From Deltaproteobacteria bacterium (lineage in GTDB: Bacteria; Myxococcota_A; Polyangia; DRWM01; JAAZOP01), in assembly GCA_016218815.1 (NCBI GenBank), contig JACRCX010000124.1, positions 1,427 to 65,426 on the forward strand: a DNA stretch of 64,000 nucleotides. Reading direction: 5' to 3'. The position numbers were made by a program, and so were the translations under genes. Below the pieces are notes generated by a model, which ran no database searches, was not told the origin of the DNA, and saw only the letters and a program-made list of their open reading frames with translations. Shown here one piece after another: positions 9,904-20,376 of the stretch. Within the stretch, counting starts at the first letter, position 1, and each line of letters begins with the position of its first letter.

Positions 9904-12558
9904 ATGGAGTTGGCAAGGCGGACGACGATTGCGGCAATGTGCATCCTGGCGGTCGCGTGCGGCAACGACAGCGAGGCGGCCGACGGCAGCGGGGATGCGG
10001 ACGGCGGTACCGACGCCGACGCGGCGGCCGACGCGGACGGAGATGTCGATGTCGAGAGTGAGGCCGCCGATGCCGACGCCGATGCCGACGCCGACGGAGA
10101 TGCCGATGCGGACGCCGACGGAGATGCGGATGCCGACGCGGACGGCGACGCGGACTCGGACGGGGATGGAGACGGTGGAGGGGATGGGACCATCGGGGCG
10201 GCCGGCGGCACGGTGACCGGTCCGGACGGCGTGACGCTGGAGATCCCGCCGGGCGCGCTGGACCACGAGGTCACGTTCAGCATCGCGGCCGAGGCGGGCG
10301 ACGTGGACGGCATCGAGCCGCTGGGTGCGATGTACGAGTTCCTGCCGGCCGGCACGGTCTTCGCGCTGCCGGCGACGGTGACCATGCCGTACGACGCCGC
10401 GGGGGGGGCAGGCCACGAGCCGGCGATCGCGGTGTGGTGGAGCGACTCGACCACGGGACCGTGGGCGGCGCTGGCGGGCGTCGTGGACGTCTCGGCGCAC
10501 GAGGTGACGGGAGCCACGACGCACCTGAGCCACGGGCAGAGCGGGTATGAGCCGCCCCGTCCCTGCACGATCCCGGTGGACTGCGACGACGGTTTCGCCT
10601 GCACGACCGACACCTGCGACACCGGTCGAGGCTTGTGCGTGAACGCGCCGAGCGACGCGGCGTGCGACAACGGCGACGCGTGCGACGGGGCGGAGAGCTG
10701 CAGCGCGGCGAGCGGCTGCGTGGCCGGGACGGCAGTGCGGTGCGACGACGCGATCGCCTGCACGCGCGACTCGTGCGCTCCGGCGACCGGGGCGTGCTCG
10801 TCGACGCCGGACGACACCCTGTGCTCGCCGGCCGGCTGGACGTGCGAGTTGGCGGCGCTCGGTTGCGTGCCGCCGCCGCCGACGTGCACCGGCGCGACCT
10901 ACACCGGAGACGTCTCGATCTACGATGACGCGGCCATGGCGGCGCTGGCCGGATACTCCCGCATCGCAGGGGACCTCTCGCTATTCGACACGGGCCGAGC
11001 CATCACCAGCCTGGTTCCGCTGGCGTGCCTGACGGAGGTGGACGGAACCATGTGGATCGGGCTGCGAAATCTGCCGACGCTGTACGGCCTCAACGGCCTG
11101 ACCCGGGTCGGATCGATCTTGATCATTGCGGGGTCCAACGCGCTGACCGACCTCGAGCCCCTGTCGGCCCTGAGCTCCGTCTGGGAACTTCGGATCTACG
11201 AGAACACGCGCCTGCAGAGCCTCCGGGGCCTGGGAAGCCTGACTTCGGCCGGCATTCTCACGACGTATCACGAAGTCGGCATCGAGATCCGGGACAACCC
11301 CGCCCTGACCAGCCTGGCCGGCCTCGAAGGCCTCACCGATTTCAGCGGCCACTCGATCAGCGTGCACGACAATCCGGCCCTCGCCAGCCTCGAAGGCCTC
11401 CGAAACCTCACGTCGATCGACCAGCTGGTCATTTCCGGCAACAACGCGCTGGTCGACCTGACGGGCCTGGACTCCCTCACCACCGCCTACTTCGGGCTGT
11501 CCGTGGAGGACAACGCTCGACTGACCAGCCTCCACGGTCTCGAAGCGCTCAGGACGGTGGGCGGCCTCGGAATCGGCGGGCCTGCCCTGGCCAGCCTCGA
11601 GGCGCTTGCCGGCCTGACCACCGTGGATGGCGGCTTCGATGTCTATGGAACGGGCGTGCTCAGGAACCTGCACGGGCTCGAGGGTCTGACCACCGTCCGC
11701 GGCAGCGTCCAGTTCGAGGGCAATGACGCGCTCGACGACCTTTCCGGTCTGGCCAACCTCCGTTGGATCGGGGACGAACTCCGCTTCGGGGACAACGCGG
11801 CGCTGCGCACCGCTACCCTCGCGGGTCTCGAGCAGGTGGGATACGACAGCTACTTCGATTGCGGGGGGGTGGACGGTCACGGATGCTCGATTATCATCGA
11901 CGGATCCTCCGTTCTCGAGCAAGTCACGTTTCCGGCGCTCGTTCGTATCCAGGATGCCTTCCTGATCGGGGATGGGATGGCGTGGAACCCTCTGCTGGTC
12001 GCCGTGCATGCACCCGCGTTGACCGAGGTAAGACAACTCAACGTGAATCGCAATTCGTCGCTCCGGACGCTCGACTTCGCCGCGCTGCCCTACGTCCCCT
12101 TCGTCGCCCTGTTCCAGAACGACGGTCCGTTGGACGACCTGCGCTTCCCCTCCCTGACGCGACTCACCTGCTTCCACCTCGCCTACAACTCCGCCATCAC
12201 GGATCTGACGGGGTTCGGGGCGCTCGCACGCGTCGAAGGGCTGGACATCGAGGACAACGACGCGCTCGTTTCGCTCGACGGGTTCAACGCCGTGACGGTG
12301 ACCGATCCGGCCTGGGACTGCCCTTCGCCGTACGGGATCCTGGTGAACGGCAACGATGCGCTGGTCGACCTCGGCCTCGACTCGCTCGCCGAGCTCGGTG
12401 AGGGCGGCGGATCGGTCCTCTCGGTCATCAACAACACGACGCTGCCCACCTGCGAGCCGCAGCGCGTCCGCGACCAGCTCACGGGCCCCGCGGACGACGC
12501 CTTCTGCGTCGCGGGCAACCTCGCCGACGCCTGCTTCGACGACCTTTCGGGCTGCTAA
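9904..12558 (+). CDS. Surface lipoprotein: acidic linker, ZU5-like domain, Cys-rich repeats, receptor-L/leucine-rich repeats
   Basis: LAVAC lipobox; IGAAGGTVTGPDGVTL; CDDGFACTTDTC repeats; many NxxLxxLxGLxxLxxV repeats. Confidence 0.85.
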   Translation: MELARRTTIAAMCILAVACGNDSEAADGSGDADGGTDADAAADADGDVDVESEAADADADADADGDADADADGDADADADGDADSDGDGDGGGDGTIGAAGGTVTGPDGVTLEIPPGALDHEVTFSIAAEAGDVDGIEPLGAMYEFLPAGTVFALPATVTMPYDAAGGAGHEPAIAVWWSDSTTGPWAALAGVVDVSAHEVTGATTHLSHGQSGYEPPRPCTIPVDCDDGFACTTDTCDTGRGLCVNAPSDAACDNGDACDGAESCSAASGCVAGTAVRCDDAIACTRDSCAPATGACSSTPDDTLCSPAGWTCELAALGCVPPPPTCTGATYTGDVSIYDDAAMAALAGYSRIAGDLSLFDTGRAITSLVPLACLTEVDGTMWIGLRNLPTLYGLNGLTRVGSILIIAGSNALTDLEPLSALSSVWELRIYENTRLQSLRGLGSLTSAGILTTYHEVGIEIRDNPALTSLAGLEGLTDFSGHSISVHDNPALASLEGLRNLTSIDQLVISGNNALVDLTGLDSLTTAYFGLSVEDNARLTSLHGLEALRTVGGLGIGGPALASLEALAGLTTVDGGFDVYGTGVLRNLHGLEGLTTVRGSVQFEGNDALDDLSGLANLRWIGDELRFGDNAALRTATLAGLEQVGYDSYFDCGGVDGHGCSIIIDGSSVLEQVTFPALVRIQDAFLIGDGMAWNPLLVAVHAPALTEVRQLNVNRNSSLRTLDFAALPYVPFVALFQNDGPLDDLRFPSLTRLTCFHLAYNSAITDLTGFGALARVEGLDIEDNDALVSLDGFNAVTVTDPAWDCPSPYGILVNGNDALVDLGLDSLAELGEGGGSVLSVINNTTLPTCEPQRVRDQLTGPADDAFCVAGNLADACFDDLSGC

Positions 12559-12601
12559 GTCGCCGTACAGAAACAACCGTTGCATTCGGCCGCTGCTGCA
12601 T

Positions 12602-12672
12602 CCCGGCCCGCGGCGGCGCGCTCCCTGCGGAGTAGCGGCACTACACCTCGGTCGCGCGCCTTGCGGGCCGGG
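12602..12672. repeat. Long imperfect GC-rich hairpin between convergent genes
   Basis: CCCGGCCCGC..GGCGCG..GTAG/CTAC..CGCGCC..GCGGGCCGGG. Confidence 0.55.
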
Positions 12673-12796
12673 CGCATCGGCGCCCTCGATGCGACACGTT
12701 TGTTTCTGTACCGCTCCTAACCGCAGCGGCGGTGCGTGGCTCCGCGGCCGGACGAAAGAGACAGCGCCGTGGACCGGCGGAATTCACTCGGGTCTG

Positions 12797-12820
12797 CCCT
12801 TCGGCAAGCTCAGGGCAGGC
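12797..12820 (+). repeat. REP-like short element
   Basis: CCCTTCGGCAAGCTCAGGGCAGGC; related copies at 27324-27379. Confidence 0.7.
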
Positions 12821-12834
12821 TGCCCCGCCGCTGA

Positions 12835-15800
12835 CTACCCGAGGACTTTTCCGAACTCGGGGGTGCAGGCCCAGGCGAGGAGGGAGGTGACGTCGGGGGC
12901 GGCGTCGAGGAATTCCTCCAGCTCGTTCATCTTGCCGGACATCTGGAGCTTGGGGAGGTTGGGGTCGAGGCGGGTCATCATGCGGGCGACGAAGCGCAGC
13001 TCGCCGGCGGCGACGAGGCCGACGCGGCGGGAGGTTTCGAGGACGCCGTGGCGGAGCTTGTCGGCGAGGGGGTTTCCGGCCGTGAAGGCGGGGGCCAGGT
13101 CGCGGAGCATGTCGGCCCAGGCGCCGAGCATGCCGGCCGCGCCCTCGCGGAGCTTGGCGACGTAGGGGGCGCTGGGGGGGGTCTCGGGAGCGAGGCCGGT
13201 CGCGGCGAACAACGCCGCGACGACGTGGCGAAGGTCGTCGGGGTCGAGCGAAGCGACGAGGCGCGCGCCGGGTCGGGCCAGCTCGAGGGCGAGGGCGAGC
13301 AGGAAGTTGGTTTCGGCGGGCTGGAGGAGCTGGAACAGCTCGGACTTGATGAGGACGTGGGCCTCGGGGACGTCGAGGGGCCGGACGGGGACGGGGAGAT
13401 CGGCGGCGCGCAGCAGGGCGGCATCGGCGATGCCGAGTTTTTCGGCGAGGGCGGCGAAGGACTTGCCGATCGGGGTGCGGGCGACCATGTGTCCGGCGCC
13501 GGCGGCGCCGGCTTCCTGCGGGGTGGCGGGGCCGAGCGGGACGGCCTCGTCGAGCTGGGTGAGGACGTCGAGCAGGGCGGGGTCCACGTCGGGGTGGCGG
13601 ACCTGGTAGTGCGTCTGGGGGGAGAGCCCGCCGAGGTTCTCGGCCTTCTCGAACTCCTTGCGCAGGTCCATCAGCAGTGAGCGGAGGTGGCCTTCGAGGG
13701 AGCCGACGTGGGCGAGGGGGGAGACGATGCACCAGGCCTGGCGGCGTCGATCGGCGGCGACGAGGGTTTTGGCGAGATCGACGATGCGTGGGAGGCGAGG
13801 GCCGGTGGTGCGGAGGAGGCCGGCGAGGACGGACTGGCGATCGGCGAGGCGCGCGGGATCCTGGCCGATGAGCTCGAGGACCTGTTCGAAGTCGGTCTGC
13901 ACGGGGGCGAGCTCGAGGGCGGTGCGCAGGTAGCGTTCGGCGCGGGTCTTGTCGCCCAAACGGGCGACGGCGATGGAGGCGAGGTTGCGCAGGGCGTGGG
14001 CGCGCTCGGCGGGGGTGCCGGAGTCGGCGCGGGCCTCGTAGATCTGGAGGAGCTGGTCCCAGTCGCCGCGGCGTTCGAGGATGGCGGCGAGGCCGGAGAG
14101 GGCGGCCTGGGAGCCGGGGTCGTAGGAGAGGGCCATGTCGTAGGCTTCCATGGCCTTGTCCTCGTCGGCGGCGGAGAGTGCGCCGCCGCGTTCGGTCCAG
14201 AGTCCGGCGAGCTCCTTGGCGTCGGTGGTGGTGGGGAGGAGGCGTTCGATGACGGAGAGGGCGCGTTCGGAGAGGCCGAGGCGGCGGTAGTGGCGCAGCG
14301 CGCGGACCATGAGGTCGTGATCGTCGGCGCCGGCGGCGATGGCGAGATCGAAGCAGGCGCCTGCTTCGTCGGGGCTGGAGAGGCGGTCGTCCCAGAGGCG
14401 GCCGAGGCGGGCGTAGAGGGCGCCGCGGCGGGCGGCCTCGTGGGCGACGAGGAGGGCCTGGATGTAGTGCTGGACGGCGGCGGCGACGCGGCCCTGGCCG
14501 GCGAGGACGTCGGCGAGGGCGTTGAGCAGGCCGGAGTGGAGGGAATCGATGCGGAGGCCCTCGCGCAGATCGGCGACGGCCTGTTCGCTCTTGCCGAGCC
14601 TGGCGAGGAGGGCGCCGCGGCGGAAGGTGGCCTGGAGGCGGTCGCCGTCGGGGAGGGGGTGTTCGCGTTCGCGCAGGACGCGGTCGTAGATCGAGAAGGC
14701 GGCGTCGTCCTGGCCGGCCTCGAGGCGCTTCTCGGCGACGGCGAGGGCGGCGGGGGCGAAGGCGGGAACGAGGCGGAAGGCGCGCAGCGACATGCGGTTG
14801 GCCTCGTCGGGGTTTCCGGTGCGTTCCAGGGCGGTGGCCATGCGCTGGATGCGCTCGGCGTGTTCGCGCAGTCGACCCGGTTCGGGAACGGTGGTGCGCT
14901 CGAACGCGGCGAGGGTTTCGCGTTCGGCGTCGAGGGCAGCGGCGTGGTCGCCGCGTTCGGCGTGGAGGCGGGCGAGAGCGTCCCAGGCGGGGACGTGGTC
15001 GGGGTCGACGGCGACGGCGCGCTGGAGCCAGCCGAGGGCGGCGGCGTGGTCGTCGCGGGCGGCGGTGCCCAGGGCGGTCAGGCGAGCGGCGCGTTCGGGC
15101 CACGGCAGTTTCGCTTCGCCGTCCTCGGGGAGGAGGGCGGCGGTGGCGCGCCAGTTCTTGGCGCGGCGGCCGATGGCCTGGAGGGCCTTGATGGCGGGGG
15201 TGCAGTTGCCGTCGAGGGTGCGGGCCTCGCGATAGCAGCCCGCGGACCGGGCCTGCTGTCCGGCGGTTTCGTCGCTGGCCTCGGCGAGGTGGCACATGGC
15301 GAGGGCGCCCTGGGCGGGAGGCAGCTTGCGGGCATGCTGCTGGCGGAGGAGGAACCAGCCGACGAAGTCGCCGCGGCGGAGTTTGAGCGAGGCGAGGCCG
15401 AGGAGGGCGTCGGCGTCGTCGGCATCCTTCTTCGAGCGTTCGGAGAGCAGCTTCTCGGCCTCTTCGGAGCGGCCGAGGCCGCGGTCGAGGACGCGGATGA
15501 TCTCGTCATCGATGGCCCGCCGTTCCGCCTCGCCGTCGTCGTCGTGGGGCAGGGTTTCGCGGGTGGAGCGGAGGAAGTCGAGCAGGTCGTCGTAGCGGGC
15601 GGACTCGCGGAAGACGGAGAGCAGCCGCCGACGGACCTCGGCGTCGTCGGGGCGCTCCTCGATCACGCGGCGGTACAGTCGTTCGCGCCGTTCGGGCGGG
15701 GCGGCGTCCGGGTGATCTTCGCAGACGGCGATGGCCTGGGGGAGCGACTCGAGGCGGGCGGCGGCGTCGGGGACGGCGCCGGCGCGGGCCTCGAGCAGGT

Positions 15801-18800
15801 TGATCAGCTCGGCCCAGGCGCCGCCGGCGCGCAGGAGGCGTTCGAGGGGGGCGAAGGCGGGGCCGGCGGCGCCGGTCTCGGTGAGCAGCTCACGGAGGGC
15901 GGCGACGGCGGCGGGGACATCGTCGAGCTGTTCCTCGTGGATGCGGGCGCAGGAGAGGAGGATTTCGGCCCGGCGGTCGCCGGTGGCGCGGACGAGCTCG
16001 AGGCGGAGGCGTCGCAGTTCCAGGGACGGCTCGATGTGGCCTGCGGTGAGGGAGCGCACGCCCTGGGCGGCCTCGTCGTTCGCGGGGTCGAGGTCGAGCA
16101 CCTGGGCGTAGGAGGTAAGGGCCATTTCGGGATCGGCCAGCTCCTCGCGGGAGAGGCGGGCGATTTCGAGCAGGCGCGGGATCCGGGCCGCGGGCTCGGC
16201 CGGTGCGTGGGTCAGCCACTGCTGCAACGAGTCGCGCAGCTCGCGCCAGTTCTTCGCCGTCCGGTGGTGGTCGAGGACGACCTCGAGGGAGGGGAGGGCG
16301 GAGGGCTGGAGCTGGAGGATGCGGCGGTGGATGTCCAGGGTCTCGCCCGGGCGGTCGAGGGCCTGGGCATAGATTGCGGTGAGGCGACCGTAGAAGTCGC
16401 GCTTCTGGTCGGCATCGGGGGAGCGCGCGGCGGCGAGGCGGTAGTGGAGGGCGAGCAGGTCGAGGCGTCCGGCGGCCTCGGCGAGTCGCTCGAGGTGGCC
16501 GCGGAGCTCGGTCGCGGACGGGCGGAGGACGAAGGCGTCGGCGTACAGGTCGAGGGCCTGCTCGCGATCGCCGCGGCGCTGTTCCCACAGCTCGGCGCAG
16601 CGGGCCAGCTCGTCGGGGGACGCGGCCTGGCCTTCGGCGCGGACGCGGGCTTCGAGGACGGGGAGGACGCGGCCCCAGGCCTGGAGGGCTTCGGCGGCGG
16701 CGGCGATCTGGTCCCAGACGCCGGGGGCGGCGGGATCGAGGCGATAGACGACGAGGAGCCAATCGAGCGCGCCCATCGGATCCTCGAGCTGCTCGGCATG
16801 GACCTGGTGGCGGGCGCGGGCGAGGGCGATCCGTTCGGCCACATCGGCCGCGCGATCCCACAGTTCGGCGTAGAGCGCGTCGAGCTGGCGCCAGAGGCCT
16901 TTCGCAGCGGCGAGGCGGCGGGCGTTCTCGAGGGCCTCGGAGTCGTGCGAGTCGAGGGCGAGGACGCGGACCCATTCGTGGAAGGCGCGTTCGGCGTCGC
17001 CGAGCTTCGACTCGCAGACGGCGGCGCGGCGGCGGAGGGCGGTGCGGCGCTGGGGCCCGGAGCCGACGCGGGCGGCGACGTCGAGCAGGGCGAGGAGGTC
17101 TTCGTGGCGGCCGGTGGCTTCGGCGAGGCGGGCCAGCTCTTCGAGCAGCTCGGGGTCGCGGGGCGCCTGGGCGCCGGCGTTCTGGAGGACGAGGAAGGCG
17201 CGGACGGGGTCCTTCTCGCGCTGTTCGTAGAGGCGGGCCAGGTCGCGTTCGAGGGCGGCACGGGTTGCGTCGTCGGTGGCGCGGGCGGCGAGCTCGAGGT
17301 GGACGGCGACGAGGTCGCGCCAGGCGCCGGCGTCCTCGGCGGCGCGGGAGAGGTCGGCGAGGCTGGCGGCGTCGCAGCCGGAGAGCCAGAGGATGCGGCG
17401 CAGGACGAAGAAGCGGCCGATCCTGTCGGCGGGGTCGAGGAGGTCGAGGGAGCGGCGGAGGAGGGCGATGCGTTCGGGTGCGGCGGTCGGGTCGAGGCTG
17501 GCGGCGGCGACGTCGAGGGCGCCGATGGCGGCGCCGGCCTCGGCGGGGCCGCGGAGCCGGGCGACGGCGTCGAGCGCGGCGGGGTCGGCGGGCGACCAGC
17601 GCAGGACGCGTTCGTAGCAGGCCAGGGCGGCGGCGGGGCGGCCTTCCTTTTCCCACGAGGCAGCGAGGTCGAGGGCGAGGCGGACGCGCGCGGCCGGCTC
17701 GCGAACGATCCGCAGCTCGGCCTCCTGGGCGGCGAGCAGCTCGCGGGCGCGGCCGACGTTGCGGCAGTGTCCGACGAAGCCGTGCAGGATGTCGGCGTCG
17801 TCCGGGGTGAGGTCGAGGACGCGCCACCAGGCGCGGACGGCGCGGGCGGGGTCGTAGACGTGTTCCTCGATGTTGACGGCGGCGGCGCGCCAGAAGCCGA
17901 GGGCGGCGGCGGGATCGGTGGAGAGGCCGGCCTGGGCGGAGAGGATGCGGTCGAGCGCCTCGAAGTCGCCGCGGCGGCGGAGGAGGGCGATGAGCTCGTC
18001 GCGGGTTTCGGCGTCGTCGGGGACGAAGGAGAGGATCTCCTTCCAGCAGACCTCGGCCTTGGCGTCGTCGGCGAGGCGGTGGGCGTAGTGGGCGCCGAGG
18101 CGCCGCAGGAGCTCGATGCGGGAGGCGGGCCGGCGGGTGAGGGCGAGCTGTCCCTCGAGCGCGCGGGCGACGCCTTCGGGCTCGCCGAGCTTTTCGTGCA
18201 GGGCGGCCAGGGCGCGATGGGTCTCGAGGCGATCGGCCTCGAGCTGGGAGCGGCGTTGCCAGAGGGAGACGGCGAGGCGCGGATCCTCGAGACGTTCCTC
18301 GGCGAGGCGTGCGGCGCGGGCGAGGTACTCGGCCCTGCGGGCGGGGTCCTCTACGGCGTCGGCGCGCGCGGCGAGGAACTGGACGAGCGCCTCGACCTTC
18401 TCCGATTCGGTGTAGTAGGCCTCCTTGGCTTTGAGCGCGTCGGGATCCTCGGGGTCGATGGCGAGGATGCGATCGTGGATCGCGACGGAGCTTTCGTGCT
18501 CGCCGGCGGTCCAGAGGGCGTCGGCGACGAGGCGGCGGAAGTCGAGGATGGCGCCGGTCTGGGCGCCTTCGAGGGGGCGGGCGCCGAGGGCGGCGAGGGC
18601 GGGCCACTGCTTGCGGCGGGCGAGGACGCGGCCCATGCCGAGCAGGGCGATGATGTCGTCGGGGCGGTCGGCGAGGATCTGTTCGAGGACGGCGGCGGCC
18701 TGGTCGTGGTCGCGGAGGCCGCAGAGGTACGCTTCGGCGACCTCGCGCAGGGCGACGAGGCGGTCGGCGCCGGCGCGTTGGGCGGCGCGTTCGCGCAGGA

Positions 18801-20376
18801 AGTCGGCGAGGCGGTCCCAGCGGCGGGCGCGGCGGTAGACGTCCTGGAGGGCCTGGACGGTCTCCTCGGCGGGTTCGCCGAGGCGGTAGAGGCGTTCCCA
18901 GGCGGCGATGGCGAGGTCGACGGAGCGGAGGCGTTCGTCGGCGAGCGTGGCGGCCTCGCGGGTCCAGTCGAGCCGCTGGTCGGGATCCCAGGCGGCCTCG
19001 ACGGCGGCGCCGTAGAGGGCGTGCAGGGCGCGCCAGTCCTCGCGGTCGCGATAGGAGGCGGAGAGGAATTCCATGGCGTCGGCGTTGGCCGGGTCGGCCT
19101 GGGCGAGAAGCTTGTAGGCGTTCTCGGCGGCGGGGGAGTCCTTGAGGCGGTCGCGGTAGATGCGGGCGAGATCGCCCAGCAGGGCGGCGCGGGTCTCCGG
19201 CAGGCTGGCCCAGGAGGCGCTTTCGACGACGGCCGCGGTGAGCTCGGCGAACTTCTTCCAATCGCGCACGCGGGCGAGTTTCTGGGCTTCGCGGCGGTAG
19301 GCCTGGTGGTCGTTCATCGGGGTGCGGGGCTCGCCGGGGGCGAGGGAGGCACGGGCGGGCTGGGGTGCGGCCGCCGGGCGTTCGGCGGGGGGCGTGCGGC
19401 GTGCGGGGTGAGCCTCCGGGGTGGCGGCGGGCGGGCGTGCGGCGGCCGGCGTCGCGGGTTCCTCTTCTTCGGGCGCCGGAGTCGACGGGGGCAACGACGG
19501 CGAGGAGGGTTCGGCGGCCTCGGTCGCGAGCTCGCGAGGCGGCGGGATCGTCGTGGCGATCTCCGCGGCGGAGACGACGTCGGCCGGCTCGTCGAGGAGG
19601 ATGCCGCTGTCGGGCGCATCGAGCTCGCCGGCCGCGGCGTCGGGTTCCGGGAGGGCGGAGGCGAGCGCGTCGTCGAAGGCGGGTGCTGCGGACTCGTCGA
19701 GGGCGGGTGCCGCGGACTCGTCGAGGGCGGGTGCTGCGGACTCGTCGAGGGTGGGTGCTGCGGATTCGTCGAAGGCGGGTGCTGCGGACTCGTCCACCGC
19801 GGTCGCGCCGAGTTCCTCGGGCGAGAGGACGGGAGCCTCTTCATCGGCCGGAGGGGCGGCAGGCGATGGGGGTGGCAGCACCTGTTCCATGGTGTCTTCG
19901 TCATCGGCATCGATGACGGCGGGCGGGCGATAGGCCGGAGCGGGATCGGGCCGACCTCCGATCGTCCATTCGCCGTCGAGGTCGCCGGTAACGGGCATGG
20001 GCGGTTCGGAGACGAGGTCGCCGTGCGGCTCGGGGGGTGGCGGCACGGACGGCAGGACGACCTGGAACTCGGGCGGTGGCGGCACGGACGGGGGGACGAC
20101 GGGGAACGCCGGTGCCTGCGCGTCGGGTGCGGCCGTGGCATCGAGCTCCTGGAACAGCGCGGCGATTTCGGGTGGCGGCGGCGTCGGGGAGTCGGGGGCA
20201 TCGCCCGGTGTCTGCGCGTCGGCCGACTTCTGCTTGAGGAAGTCGTTGAGGACGCCGTCGAGGAGGGAGCCTTTGGGAGGGCGTCCCTTCGCGGGCGTTC
20301 CGCGAGGAAGTGGGGGCGGGCTGGACGGGCGCGCGTTGACGTCCTGGGGCTTCTTCCGACCGTCGGTTCTCGACAC
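12835..20376 (-). CDS. Giant TPR-repeat protein (2513 aa), myxobacterial AgmK-like architecture
   Basis: GTG with GGAGAGG upstream; ~350 aa Pro/acidic disordered N-terminus; many AxxxyxrvLxldPxdxxA helical repeats. Confidence 0.85.
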   Translation of the reverse strand: MSRTDGRKKPQDVNARPSSPPPLPRGTPAKGRPPKGSLLDGVLNDFLKQKSADAQTPGDAPDSPTPPPPEIAALFQELDATAAPDAQAPAFPVVPPSVPPPPEFQVVLPSVPPPPEPHGDLVSEPPMPVTGDLDGEWTIGGRPDPAPAYRPPAVIDADDEDTMEQVLPPPSPAAPPADEEAPVLSPEELGATAVDESAAPAFDESAAPTLDESAAPALDESAAPALDESAAPAFDDALASALPEPDAAAGELDAPDSGILLDEPADVVSAAEIATTIPPPRELATEAAEPSSPSLPPSTPAPEEEEPATPAAARPPAATPEAHPARRTPPAERPAAAPQPARASLAPGEPRTPMNDHQAYRREAQKLARVRDWKKFAELTAAVVESASWASLPETRAALLGDLARIYRDRLKDSPAAENAYKLLAQADPANADAMEFLSASYRDREDWRALHALYGAAVEAAWDPDQRLDWTREAATLADERLRSVDLAIAAWERLYRLGEPAEETVQALQDVYRRARRWDRLADFLRERAAQRAGADRLVALREVAEAYLCGLRDHDQAAAVLEQILADRPDDIIALLGMGRVLARRKQWPALAALGARPLEGAQTGAILDFRRLVADALWTAGEHESSVAIHDRILAIDPEDPDALKAKEAYYTESEKVEALVQFLAARADAVEDPARRAEYLARAARLAEERLEDPRLAVSLWQRRSQLEADRLETHRALAALHEKLGEPEGVARALEGQLALTRRPASRIELLRRLGAHYAHRLADDAKAEVCWKEILSFVPDDAETRDELIALLRRRGDFEALDRILSAQAGLSTDPAAALGFWRAAAVNIEEHVYDPARAVRAWWRVLDLTPDDADILHGFVGHCRNVGRARELLAAQEAELRIVREPAARVRLALDLAASWEKEGRPAAALACYERVLRWSPADPAALDAVARLRGPAEAGAAIGALDVAAASLDPTAAPERIALLRRSLDLLDPADRIGRFFVLRRILWLSGCDAASLADLSRAAEDAGAWRDLVAVHLELAARATDDATRAALERDLARLYEQREKDPVRAFLVLQNAGAQAPRDPELLEELARLAEATGRHEDLLALLDVAARVGSGPQRRTALRRRAAVCESKLGDAERAFHEWVRVLALDSHDSEALENARRLAAAKGLWRQLDALYAELWDRAADVAERIALARARHQVHAEQLEDPMGALDWLLVVYRLDPAAPGVWDQIAAAAEALQAWGRVLPVLEARVRAEGQAASPDELARCAELWEQRRGDREQALDLYADAFVLRPSATELRGHLERLAEAAGRLDLLALHYRLAAARSPDADQKRDFYGRLTAIYAQALDRPGETLDIHRRILQLQPSALPSLEVVLDHHRTAKNWRELRDSLQQWLTHAPAEPAARIPRLLEIARLSREELADPEMALTSYAQVLDLDPANDEAAQGVRSLTAGHIEPSLELRRLRLELVRATGDRRAEILLSCARIHEEQLDDVPAAVAALRELLTETGAAGPAFAPLERLLRAGGAWAELINLLEARAGAVPDAAARLESLPQAIAVCEDHPDAAPPERRERLYRRVIEERPDDAEVRRRLLSVFRESARYDDLLDFLRSTRETLPHDDDGEAERRAIDDEIIRVLDRGLGRSEEAEKLLSERSKKDADDADALLGLASLKLRRGDFVGWFLLRQQHARKLPPAQGALAMCHLAEASDETAGQQARSAGCYREARTLDGNCTPAIKALQAIGRRAKNWRATAALLPEDGEAKLPWPERAARLTALGTAARDDHAAALGWLQRAVAVDPDHVPAWDALARLHAERGDHAAALDAERETLAAFERTTVPEPGRLREHAERIQRMATALERTGNPDEANRMSLRAFRLVPAFAPAALAVAEKRLEAGQDDAAFSIYDRVLREREHPLPDGDRLQATFRRGALLARLGKSEQAVADLREGLRIDSLHSGLLNALADVLAGQGRVAAAVQHYIQALLVAHEAARRGALYARLGRLWDDRLSSPDEAGACFDLAIAAGADDHDLMVRALRHYRRLGLSERALSVIERLLPTTTDAKELAGLWTERGGALSAADEDKAMEAYDMALSYDPGSQAALSGLAAILERRGDWDQLLQIYEARADSGTPAERAHALRNLASIAVARLGDKTRAERYLRTALELAPVQTDFEQVLELIGQDPARLADRQSVLAGLLRTTGPRLPRIVDLAKTLVAADRRRQAWCIVSPLAHVGSLEGHLRSLLMDLRKEFEKAENLGGLSPQTHYQVRHPDVDPALLDVLTQLDEAVPLGPATPQEAGAAGAGHMVARTPIGKSFAALAEKLGIADAALLRAADLPVPVRPLDVPEAHVLIKSELFQLLQPAETNFLLALALELARPGARLVASLDPDDLRHVVAALFAATGLAPETPPSAPYVAKLREGAAGMLGAWADMLRDLAPAFTAGNPLADKLRHGVLETSRRVGLVAAGELRFVARMMTRLDPNLPKLQMSGKMNELEEFLDAAPDVTSLLAWACTPEFGKVLG
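19672..19794 (-). repeat. 5 x 24-bp coding tandem repeat (DESAAPA[F/L])
   Basis: GTCGAAGGCGGGTGCTGCGGACTC-like units. Confidence 0.9.
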
